From: Thermoplasmatota archaeon
GTDB lineage: Archaea; Thermoplasmatota; E2; JACPAO01; JAHFTW01
NCBI GenBank assembly: GCA_041618195.1
Contig: JBFJNL010000003.1
Location: forward strand, 1-37,783
Direction of reading: 5' to 3'
Length of the DNA stretch: 37,783 bases
The position numbers were made by a program, and so were the translations under genes. Position 1 is the stretch's first letter. Each line of letters opens with the position of its first letter. The notes beneath the pieces were generated by a model, which saw only the letters and a program-made list of their open reading frames with translations, had not been told where the DNA came from and did not search any database. Below are positions 7,193-15,635 of the stretch, in pieces.

Positions 7193-8686
7193 TCATGACG
7201 AGACCCCGGGGACGCCAAGGTCGTAGAGTAGGACGACGCCGTAGCCGCGGCCGTCGAGCGGGCCCGCCGGGATGGCCACGTGCAGATCGCCGCCGGCACG
7301 CAGCGTCCCGATGATCGGGCCTTTTGCCAGCTTCAGTTCGCCGGCACTGAGGAAACCTTCAGACCCACCGGTGGCCGCGTCGAGCCGGACGAGGCCGTCG
7401 CCTCCAGACCCCGCCCCATTGGCCAGGACCTCCAGTTGCCCGTCGCCATCGAAGTCGCCGACGGCGATCTCTTTGTTGGACCACCACGACTCGACGGCAC
7501 GGACCCAGACGTCATTGCCGGCGGCATCGAGGCGGAAGACGTGGGCGTCGCCGAGGTGTTCCCAGTTGCCGGGTTGGTGGCCGATGGTGTTCCAATCCAT
7601 GCCGAAGATGTCCGGCTCGCCGTCACCGTCGACATCCGCGACCACGAGCGGAGTGTAGCTGAGCGGGTGTGCCCAATCGGGCTGGCGCATCCACAGCACC
7701 TCGGGCTGCCACGTCTTCAGATCTTGATGGATGGCGAAGATGGCCATATGGAACTCTTCGAACTGACTGGCGATGTTGTTGGGCGCGTAGCGTGCGGTGA
7801 ACAGGATCTCCTTGGGTGCTTTGCCATCGAGTTCTGCGATGGTCGGGCGGACCGGAATCGATGCTGGCTCGATGAAGTACGGCGCAGCACGAGCGTCGAA
7901 GGTCCATTGGGGTCGGCCGGTCAAGGCGTCGAAGACGCCGATGAATCCGCTGTCGGAGGCGAACACGACCTCGATGTCGCCGTCGCCGTCCAGGTCATCC
8001 AACACGGCGTCCGCGTTGCCCCCGGCCCAGCATTGACTCCACATCGTGGTGCCATCAGAGCGCAGGCCGAAGAGGCCCACTTGCTCGACCTGGAAGAACA
8101 TCTCATCGGCGCCGTCGCCGTCGACATCGACGAGCACCGGCGTGGAATCCATGCCGGGGCTGGCGTGACAATCATTGAGTCTGCGTTCCCATTGCTTGGT
8201 CAGGATGAAGCTGCCATCCGGGGCGGTACCATCGTAGCGCCAGGCGATGACGCCACCGGCAGGCGTGGCTCCGACGATGCTGGCGGGGCCATCGGGCGTC
8301 AGCGTGCCCACGGCGACGCCGTTGAGCCATTGGTCCACGTGCCACGAAGGAGGTAGCCCCATCGACAAGCTGGCCCGCTCGATGCCGGCCGGCGTGTAGA
8401 CGCGCACTTGACGGTCGCGGGATGAGGTGATGATCTCGTTGATGCCGTCACCATCCACGTCGGCGAAGAGAGGCGGCGAATCGAACGGCGCCGGCCAAGG
8501 GGAAGCGGTCCCCAATGCGGGGTCCCCGATGGCACCGATGAAGGAGGCCGAGCCACCCCAGGCCCCGGTCGAGACGTCCAGGCGCTTACCGGATCCATTG
8601 TCCCCGACGGTGGCGCAACCGGCGGTCGACACCAGCACCAGCACCAGCAACAGGGTCCCCGCACGGACCCGGCCAGCAGCGATCAT
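7193..8686 (-). CDS. FG-GAP/VCBS beta-propeller lipoprotein, paralog of the N-terminal domain of 4603-7179
   Basis: Lipobox-like LVSTAG|C. DVDGDG repeats. Colinear motifs shared with the neighbour (WASDGG/FASDSG, WNTVGH/WNTIGH, W.NK, LANG.G.GGDG). ATG 8686 overlaps the upstream stop (ATGA). Confidence 0.85.
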   Translation of the reverse strand: MIAAGRVRAGTLLLVLVLVSTAGCATVGDNGSGKRLDVSTGAWGGSASFIGAIGDPALGTASPWPAPFDSPPLFADVDGDGINEIITSSRDRQVRVYTPAGIERASLSMGLPPSWHVDQWLNGVAVGTLTPDGPASIVGATPAGGVIAWRYDGTAPDGSFILTKQWERRLNDCHASPGMDSTPVLVDVDGDGADEMFFQVEQVGLFGLRSDGTTMWSQCWAGGNADAVLDDLDGDGDIEVVFASDSGFIGVFDALTGRPQWTFDARAAPYFIEPASIPVRPTIAELDGKAPKEILFTARYAPNNIASQFEEFHMAIFAIHQDLKTWQPEVLWMRQPDWAHPLSYTPLVVADVDGDGEPDIFGMDWNTIGHQPGNWEHLGDAHVFRLDAAGNDVWVRAVESWWSNKEIAVGDFDGDGQLEVLANGAGSGGDGLVRLDAATGGSEGFLSAGELKLAKGPIIGTLRAGGDLHVAIPAGPLDGRGYGVVLLYDLGVPGVSS

Positions 8687-9432
8687 CCGTTGCGGATCTC
8701 CGTGGGGGCGATCGCGGGTACGGTGTGGGATGGATTGATGCGGGCGAAGCGCGAGCGGACGAGGCACCACCCGATGCGGGGGCCGTCGCGGGCCGCCGAC
8801 AGCTTGGTCTCGCCAGCGCGGGGCCGGTAATCGATGCGGATGTGCGCGACTCGCAGGTGGAGGCGGCTCGCCATGGCGAACATCTCCGCCTCGATCTCGA
8901 AACCCGTGGACCGCAGGGGCAGTGCCTTCAGCGCATCGGCGCGGAATGCCCAGAAACCGGTGCACAGGTCGGGGCAGCGGTGGCCGTACAGGACCGACGC
9001 TTCCAGTGACAGCGCCAGGTTGCCGAGGCGGTGGAGGCCGCTCATGGAGCCAGGCCTGCGCACGCGGTTGCCCATGACGATATCCGCGTCGCCGCGCAGG
9101 ATGGGCTCGAGCAGGCGAGGGATGGATTCCGCGGGGTAGCTGCCGTCGCCGTCGAGCATCACGATGTAACGGCCTTTGAGCATGCTGCGGCCATCGCGGA
9201 CGGCCGAGCCCTTGCCTTCGCCGCGATCGGGGATCACGCGGGCGCCGTGTTCGGCTGCGATGACGTCGGTGCCGTCCTTGCTGTGGCCGTCGAGGACAAC
9301 GACCTCAACTTCGAAGCCGGCGGCCTTGAGCGCCTCTAACGGCAGACTGTCGAGCGTCTGCCCGATGGCTGCGGCTTCGTCTTTGGCGGGGACCAGGATG
9401 GTGATCATGCCGGCTTCAAGTGGTCCAGACAT
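8683..9432 (-). CDS. GT2 glycosyltransferase, polyprenol-phosphate sugar synthase (DPM1-like)
   Basis: Motifs ILVPAKDE, VLDGHSKDGT, GKGSA, MLDGDGSY, DLCTGF, GFEIEAEM, YRPRAGETKL. ATG 9432 is coupled to the upstream stop (TGATG). Confidence 0.9.
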   Translation of the reverse strand: MSGPLEAGMITILVPAKDEAAAIGQTLDSLPLEALKAAGFEVEVVVLDGHSKDGTDVIAAEHGARVIPDRGEGKGSAVRDGRSMLKGRYIVMLDGDGSYPAESIPRLLEPILRGDADIVMGNRVRRPGSMSGLHRLGNLALSLEASVLYGHRCPDLCTGFWAFRADALKALPLRSTGFEIEAEMFAMASRLHLRVAHIRIDYRPRAGETKLSAARDGPRIGWCLVRSRFARINPSHTVPAIAPTEIRNG

Positions 9433-11204
9433 CAGGCAGACCCCCTGGCGACGTAGGCGACCAGACGGGGATGCGCCAGGCCTTCGCTGCACCATGCCCC
9501 GAGCGGCTCCCAGGGGTCGTCGTTGAGGTAGGTGGCGTCGAACGGAGCGTGGTCGGTGCGCATGTAGCGGTCCACGACCATGATGACGTCGCGACCCTGG
9601 CCCTGGAAGTCGTCCACGGTCCGGTCGCGGCGGTCTTCGCGAGTGAACATCTCATAACTGTACCAGACGTCCATGCCGTCTTCGGCGAAGGCACCCATGA
9701 CGAGCTTTGCCTGCCAGCTACCGGCGACGATCACGGTGCCCTCACGCGAGTCTTCGGCGATGTCGCGCATCTCATTGAACTCGCAATCAGGGTAGAGGCG
9801 GTACCAGCCGTCTTCGTATTCGAGCGGCGTGCCGGCGTAGACCGTGCCGGCCATGAGGGTGGCACCGACGATGGTGGCGACGGCACCAAGCGAGTACTTG
9901 CGTGATCGATTGGCCGGAGCCGAGCCGGGCCGTTTCCGGGCGCGGCGGGCGGCACGCGTCGTCCAGGCATCGGCCGCGGCACGCAGCACGCGGACGACGA
10001 TGGAGGCGCCGATACCGGCAAGGCCGACGAGTGCGATGCCGAGGTAGACGGCGGTGCGGTGTGGCCAGTATGGGCTGTTGAGCGGATTGTAGATGACGAA
10101 CGGGTAGGTCATCACGGCCAAGCCGGTCAATGGCAGAGCCGCGCGGCCACCGTTGAACGGCATGGCTGCGGCACCCACGGCGGCCAGCCCGATGACACCC
10201 CAACCGAACATCCGGGGCAGATCGACGTACTCAGGCATGCCGGCCTGCACAGCGGGCACGGTGCCGAGGACGATGGCCCCTCCAAGGCCGACGGCGACAC
10301 CGAAGCGCCAGGCGAACGCCATGGGCCAGGCTTGCAGTTGGTCTTGCATGCGTGAGATACGTTGGCGGAAGACCAGGATGCCGACGGCGACGACCATGCA
10401 CGCGATCGCGATGATGATGCTGAGGATGTCGAGGGTCGCGGCGGTCTGGGCGATGACGAGCTCGTCGAACTTGAGACCACATTCGCCCCAGCATGCCGTG
10501 ACGGCAGCGACCAGACTGGCGCCCGATACGGCGAGGACGATGACCACCCCGATAGGATCGACGCGGGCGGTGGGACCGCCCCACCATACGGCGAAGATCG
10601 CGACCAGCGCCCATGTCAAGACGAGAGGCGCGAAGATGGCGATCATCCACGGATGGGAGACGACAAGGAAGGCCAACAGGACCGCGGTGGGGATGCCCCA
10701 GGCACGCCGGCCGGCCATGGTCTCTGCCGCGGTGGCGAAGGCGAATGGAATGACCGCGATGTCGACGGCGGTGGGCGCCATCATCGTGGTGCGGAAAATG
10801 ATCTCGGGTGCCAAAGCGGTGGCCAAGGCCGCCACGGATCCGGCCAACGGCCCGGCGTGTCGATTGACCAACAGGGCCACACCTAGGATGCCGATGCCGC
10901 CGAACACGACGGGGCCGACACGGAAGATGTCGTAGAGGTCCAGCCCGGTGTATACCCAGGTCGCGGCCAGCATGGCATGCATCCCGGGGGGATACATGGT
11001 GCCGCCTGGGAACACGGCATCGAGGGTCCCGTCACGGACGTGGCCGCGCACCAGCATCATGTGGGTGTAGGGGTCCTCGGCCGCGACCACGTCGGTGGAG
11101 AGCGGGTCGGCCAATCGTTCGGCGACACCGAAGACGATGGCGCCTCCGATCGCTACGGTCGCCAAGATGGCCGTGATCAACTGCGCACGTTTGTCTGCGT
11201 TCAT
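9432..11204 (-). CDS. Multi-pass membrane protein, probable GT-C-fold glycosyltransferase
   Basis: More than 10 hydrophobic segments. First external loop has EDPYTH and YPPGMH, typical of GT-C-like proteins, with a small soluble C-terminal domain. Translationally coupled to a DPM-type GT2. Confidence 0.65.
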   Translation of the reverse strand: MNADKRAQLITAILATVAIGGAIVFGVAERLADPLSTDVVAAEDPYTHMMLVRGHVRDGTLDAVFPGGTMYPPGMHAMLAATWVYTGLDLYDIFRVGPVVFGGIGILGVALLVNRHAGPLAGSVAALATALAPEIIFRTTMMAPTAVDIAVIPFAFATAAETMAGRRAWGIPTAVLLAFLVVSHPWMIAIFAPLVLTWALVAIFAVWWGGPTARVDPIGVVIVLAVSGASLVAAVTACWGECGLKFDELVIAQTAATLDILSIIIAIACMVVAVGILVFRQRISRMQDQLQAWPMAFAWRFGVAVGLGGAIVLGTVPAVQAGMPEYVDLPRMFGWGVIGLAAVGAAAMPFNGGRAALPLTGLAVMTYPFVIYNPLNSPYWPHRTAVYLGIALVGLAGIGASIVVRVLRAAADAWTTRAARRARKRPGSAPANRSRKYSLGAVATIVGATLMAGTVYAGTPLEYEDGWYRLYPDCEFNEMRDIAEDSREGTVIVAGSWQAKLVMGAFAEDGMDVWYSYEMFTREDRRDRTVDDFQGQGRDVIMVVDRYMRTDHAPFDATYLNDDPWEPLGAWCSEGLAHPRLVAYVARGSA

Positions 11205-11426
11205 GCTCTCAGACCAACCTCGGCGAGCGCGCTACAACCCCGTGTTGGGACAATGGCGAAGACGAATGGGAAGACCACAACGGAGGGCGCACGGCCACCC
11301 GACGACGGTATCCCCATGGCACCCGCCGCCGCCTCGCGGGGGTCGCGTCGCGGGGCGCACGGGACACGCCCCGAGTCCCATTGGGCCTCCGGGCGCTACC
11401 TCTTTGTCCGGTGCCGGCCGACCTTC

Positions 11427-11864
11427 ATGACTGTGACCGCCTCGATCGCACCCCCCATGCCTGCGCTTGCGGCGGAGCCTCATGACAAGACCCCGCTGCA
11501 GTGGATCGATCTGGCTGTAGCGGCGGTCTTCGTCGTCATTGCCGCCGTGGCTTCCGGCATGCCCAACGGCGCGGCCCGGGCGGCACTGACGTTGCCCATG
11601 ATCATTTTCATCCCCGGATACCTCATGGTGCAGGCCATTGTCGGCAACGCCCGCCCGACCGCGTTCCAGGCGCTCATCGCTGTCGGCCTGAGCCCGCCCT
11701 TGGTCGGCTGCCTGGCCCTCATGACGGCCATCGTGCCCGGCGGCTTCACCGCGGGCCCCATCATCACCATCGTGACCGTCGCCAGCTTGGCGATGGCTGC
11801 CGTCGCCTTCGTGCGGCGCCTGCGCTCGGTGAGCCGCCCTACCGTTGTGGCACAGCCCGCGTGA
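11427..11864 (+). CDS. DUF1616-like 4-TM membrane protein
   Basis: LPMIIFIPGYLMVQA...AVGLS pattern. ATG 11427 lies about 20-27 nt after a T-rich box. Confidence 0.65.
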   Translation: MTVTASIAPPMPALAAEPHDKTPLQWIDLAVAAVFVVIAAVASGMPNGAARAALTLPMIIFIPGYLMVQAIVGNARPTAFQALIAVGLSPPLVGCLALMTAIVPGGFTAGPIITIVTVASLAMAAVAFVRRLRSVSRPTVVAQPA

Positions 11865-12161
11865 TCGACGCCCGGTGGCCGCCCTTGGGCGTTTGCAACA
11901 GTGCGACGACCGCGCCGGGGCCGACGTTCAAGCAGGCCCACCGCGCAGCACGTTTGGGGCATCGGGGCCTGACCCCCCCGACCCACCACCACCCTCGTCA
12001 CCAGGCCCCGTGGCGCGACCCCGCTACAGGGCCTTCGAACCCGTCCGCAACAGGAGGCCATCGACGCGCAACCATGTCCCTGAACCCCTTTTGTCGCCGG
12101 CTCAGGAACAAAGACCCAGTGTCTGCGCCCGCGGTGGGACCAGACCCTCGGAGACTCCTGA

Positions 12162-12671
12162 ATGCACCCCCTGTCGCTCATTTTGCCGCTCTTGGCCAGC
12201 CAGCCCATGTTGCCGGCCGGCAAAGGCGGCCTCATCCTGATCGCCGGCGGCGTGGTCATGGTGACCGTGGCACTGCTGTGGCTCAGCGCGACGCCGCGCA
12301 GCGCCCTGCTGGTCAGCCATGCATCCGTCTACCAGGCCCATCAAGGCGCACCCCAGGGCCGAGGCCGGCGGGCCCAGCACCCCAGCCCCGAGGAATCCCA
12401 TGCCCTGGCGCACGCTGGCGACGGCCCGCGTCCATGGGCGGCATTCATCCGCGACGCGGCGCACGGCTCCGGCTACGGCTCCGCGAAGGTGGAAGCCGTA
12501 TCGCCCGTCCGTTGCCTGATCCGCATCGAGCACAAAGACGCCCGGGTCTTGTGCCGCGACGAAGAGCGTTGCTTGCGCCGGGCCGCCCACCGCATCGCCC
12601 GCGGCGCCAAAGTGACCGAGGTCTCCTGTGGCGCCACGTGCCTGTTCGAAGTGCGACTGCGGAGGCGCTGA
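12162..12671 (+). CDS. Membrane-anchored V4R-like protein
   Basis: N-terminal TM segment. C-terminal GYG...C....C...VTEVSCGATCLFEV resembles the V4R E..C....C.FEV end motif. Ends 1 nt before the synthase start. Confidence 0.55.
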   Translation: MHPLSLILPLLASQPMLPAGKGGLILIAGGVVMVTVALLWLSATPRSALLVSHASVYQAHQGAPQGRGRRAQHPSPEESHALAHAGDGPRPWAAFIRDAAHGSGYGSAKVEAVSPVRCLIRIEHKDARVLCRDEERCLRRAAHRIARGAKVTEVSCGATCLFEVRLRRR

Positions 12672-12672
12672 C

Positions 12673-14631
12673 GTGAGGCACGACGCCGACCCGCCACTGC
12701 CGCCGACCCTGCCACGGGGCGTGCCGGCTCCGGCGCGTTTGCTTGGCGGTGCCATCCTTGGCGCCGTCATCGGATTCGCGACCTACTGGCTTGGCGCGGC
12801 ATTGATCGCCGCCGAGGACCTGGCCACGATGCCAAGGTCCCTGGTGGCGAACGAATTCCGCCGTCCGCTTCATTCGTTCACCTACTGGGAGATCATCCTC
12901 GTCGCGGTCGCCGCGGTACTCGGGGCTTCGGTCAGCCGCTACCGTTGGCGCCTCCCCGGCGTCCTCAGTTTCGTCGGCCTACTATCGCTGACCGGGGGGT
13001 ATGTCGCTTACGCGCTGTGGGTCTCCATCCCCAGCGTCGCCCCGGAGCAGCGGTGGTTCAGCATCACACTCATGTTAGCCGAGACGGCAAGCCTTGGGCT
13101 CGTCGTGCTGTCTTCCTTCTATTGCCTTGACGTGGCGTCGCGCCGTCGGTGGGATCGGCTGCCCAGTCGGCACGCGTTCGACCCCGAACTGCAGCCAAGC
13201 ATCGCATTGATCGTACCGACCTTCAACGAACCGTACGACATGGTCGAGCAGACGCTGGCCCACTTGGTACGCCAAGACTACCCTGCGGCGTTGTTCCGGG
13301 TCTACTTGGCCGATGACAGCACCGACAAGGAATTGCGCGCAAGGCTGCAGGACTGCTGCAAACGCCTCGGCGCCAAGTACGTCGCCAGGCCTGACCGCGC
13401 CGGCTTCAAGGCCGGCGCCATCAACCATGTCAACAACGGGTTGCCCGAGCGCGTCGACCTGATCGGCATCATCGACGCAGACTACTGGGTAGACCCCGAC
13501 TGGCTCCGCTCCACCGTGGGACACTTCGTGGACCCGACCATCGCGTTCGTGCAGACGCCACAGGATTACCGCAACGAAGACGAGTCGTTCTTGACCCGCC
13601 AATACAAGCGCGCGGAGGCGTACTTCTACCACGCGATGATGCCTTCGCGCAACGAGGTCAACGCCATCATTTTCTGCGGGACCATGGGCATCATCCGCAA
13701 GCGTGCCTTGGATGAGGTCGGCGGGTTCGCTCCCGACCAGATCTGTGAGGACGCAGAGGTCAGCGTGCGCATCGTGGCCGCTGGCTGGAACTCCCTCTAC
13801 ATCGACCAGAGCTTCGGGCATGGCCTGATGCCTGCGACCTTCGACGCGTACAAGAAACAGTTCCATCGCTGGGCGTTCGGCAACGTCCGCATCCTGCTGA
13901 CACGTGGTTTCCTGATCTTACGTTCACCCATGAAGTTCCGCCAGAAGGCCGACTTTCTGACCTCCAACCTGCACTGGTTCGATGGTGTCTTCGTCACCAT
14001 GATCGCCGCGTCCCTCTTGTACCTGGGGATCGCCCCCATCTTCGGATACGAAGCCGCTTTGCACCATCAGCACGAATTGGCGCTGTTGGCGCTGGTGCCG
14101 GTGTTCCTGCTCGTCGACAGCATGGTGCGGTTGCGTCTCGTATTGGTGACGGCCGGACATGGCCGCATGAGTGAAGCGCTGCTGGTCCAGGGCATGTGGT
14201 TCGCCATCAAGTTCACCAACATGGTGGCCGTCCTGAAGTGCCTCGTCGGTTTCAAGGCCCCATTCGTGCGGACCCCGAAGGACAGCGGTGGTCGCCGCGG
14301 CCGTTTCCGGGCGTTCTTCCGGGCGCTGCGGGTGACCAAGCTGGAGAGTTTCATCGGGACGCTGATGGTCAGTGTGGCCGCATACAACGCCACGACGTGG
14401 TACTCCGGGGGCGCAGTGACGCCGACCGCCATCATCCTGCCCATCTGGCTCGCCCTGTACGGCCTGTTCTTCCTGTGCGCGCCGATCTATGCGTACTTGT
14501 CGTACCGTAGCCTGCGCCCGATGGATTATGCACGCATCCCGGTACCTCAGGTCATGCGCGGTGCCCTGCGGGTCCGGCGGCCAGCCGGGGCCGGGCTCGA
14601 GTTCGCCGAGGCGGCGCCAACGAGCAAATGA
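12673..14631 (+). CDS. Processive GT2 polysaccharide synthase (cellulose synthase/NdvB-like beta-glucan synthase)
   Basis: Motifs PTFNE, DDS, FKAGAIN, DAD, QTPQDY, FCGT, CED, QFHRW, F.RTPK. TM helices on both sides of the catalytic domain; no PilZ or GH17 domain evident. GTG 12673 follows GGAGG. Confidence 0.9.
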   Translation: MRHDADPPLPPTLPRGVPAPARLLGGAILGAVIGFATYWLGAALIAAEDLATMPRSLVANEFRRPLHSFTYWEIILVAVAAVLGASVSRYRWRLPGVLSFVGLLSLTGGYVAYALWVSIPSVAPEQRWFSITLMLAETASLGLVVLSSFYCLDVASRRRWDRLPSRHAFDPELQPSIALIVPTFNEPYDMVEQTLAHLVRQDYPAALFRVYLADDSTDKELRARLQDCCKRLGAKYVARPDRAGFKAGAINHVNNGLPERVDLIGIIDADYWVDPDWLRSTVGHFVDPTIAFVQTPQDYRNEDESFLTRQYKRAEAYFYHAMMPSRNEVNAIIFCGTMGIIRKRALDEVGGFAPDQICEDAEVSVRIVAAGWNSLYIDQSFGHGLMPATFDAYKKQFHRWAFGNVRILLTRGFLILRSPMKFRQKADFLTSNLHWFDGVFVTMIAASLLYLGIAPIFGYEAALHHQHELALLALVPVFLLVDSMVRLRLVLVTAGHGRMSEALLVQGMWFAIKFTNMVAVLKCLVGFKAPFVRTPKDSGGRRGRFRAFFRALRVTKLESFIGTLMVSVAAYNATTWYSGGAVTPTAIILPIWLALYGLFFLCAPIYAYLSYRSLRPMDYARIPVPQVMRGALRVRRPAGAGLEFAEAAPTSK

Positions 14632-14718
14632 GGCAAAGCACGCCACGGCGCAGCCATCCGGTCTTACTTGCACGAGTCCGCCAATAGGCCCTTAAGCCCG
14701 GCGGATGGCTTGATCGGC

Positions 14719-15597
14719 ATGCGCTTCCTTGCCATGCTGTTGATCCTCTTCTGCCTCGCCGCCTTGCCCGGCGCGGCGGGCCAATCCCCACTGACCAAGG
14801 TAATCACGTTGGAGCTATCGATTCCCGAGGACCTGCCGGCGATGGAACCAGGCGTACCGCAGACCCTGAGCATCCGGTATGACTGGGGTTGCCACGCCAC
14901 TCTACCATCCCCCAGCCTGGAGGCGCCGCGCATCGAATTCGGTATCTTCTCCGAACACCCAGGGATCATTGCCTCCGGCCCGGAGCTCCAGGAACTTCCG
15001 AGCCAAGCATGCTTCACGCAGCAATCGGGCAATGGCACCATCCAGCTCAACATCACGGCCACCCCCCAGGTGCCGGCCGAACGCGTCTTTTGGCTGGACG
15101 TAGAGGCCCGTGAGGCAGAGTCGAACACCGTTGATCGCATCGAGTCCGGGTACATCCAGGCACATGTGGCCGTCGCCTGGCATGGTGCCATCACGCTGGA
15201 GGCCCCCACCGCCACCATGATTGGCCGTTCGGTCAATGTGCCGGTTCGGGTCACAAACACCGGCAACGGCCTCAGCCAAGTGGCTTTCGCCGTGACATCC
15301 AACGACCCGTCGCTCCGGTTGGTGCCGCCGGCACCAGTCATTCTTGAGCCGGTAGGTGCCGAAGAGAGCAGCACCCACGTCGTGCGCGTCCATGTGGCGC
15401 GGGCGGACGGCCACAGCCTCGACGGCGTCGAAGTGACCCTCACGGCCATACCCTCCTCCGCCAAGTCCGGCGTCGCCGGCGAACCGGCCTCTACCACGTT
15501 CCGGGTCGCCGACGGCGGCCAGGATGCCCTCGTCCCGGCCCCTGGATTCGTCGTGGTACCCCTGTTGGCAGCCCTCGCCGCCATCCGACGCCGGTAG
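14719..15597 (+). CDS. Secreted Ig-like surface protein with PGF-CTERM-like anchor
   Basis: Signal peptide MRFLAMLLILFCLAALPGAAG; VRVTNTGNG Ig/CARDB-like motif; C-terminus VPAPGFVVVPLLAALAAIRRR; CTTAAG box about 28 nt upstream. Confidence 0.75.
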   Translation: MRFLAMLLILFCLAALPGAAGQSPLTKVITLELSIPEDLPAMEPGVPQTLSIRYDWGCHATLPSPSLEAPRIEFGIFSEHPGIIASGPELQELPSQACFTQQSGNGTIQLNITATPQVPAERVFWLDVEAREAESNTVDRIESGYIQAHVAVAWHGAITLEAPTATMIGRSVNVPVRVTNTGNGLSQVAFAVTSNDPSLRLVPPAPVILEPVGAEESSTHVVRVHVARADGHSLDGVEVTLTAIPSSAKSGVAGEPASTTFRVADGGQDALVPAPGFVVVPLLAALAAIRRR

Positions 15598-15635
15598 GCG
15601 CGGCCTTCATCAACGATGCCGAACTCGCGCCGCCG

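Noticed and set aside
4603-9495. ORF-track starts at 7299, 8965 and 9495 (also 10977, 12628, 20989, 31525, 34488, 35039)
   Set aside because: These extensions overlap neighbouring genes or promoters. Downstream starts have an RBS, a TATA-like box or stop-start coupling and give clean signal peptides or domain starts.
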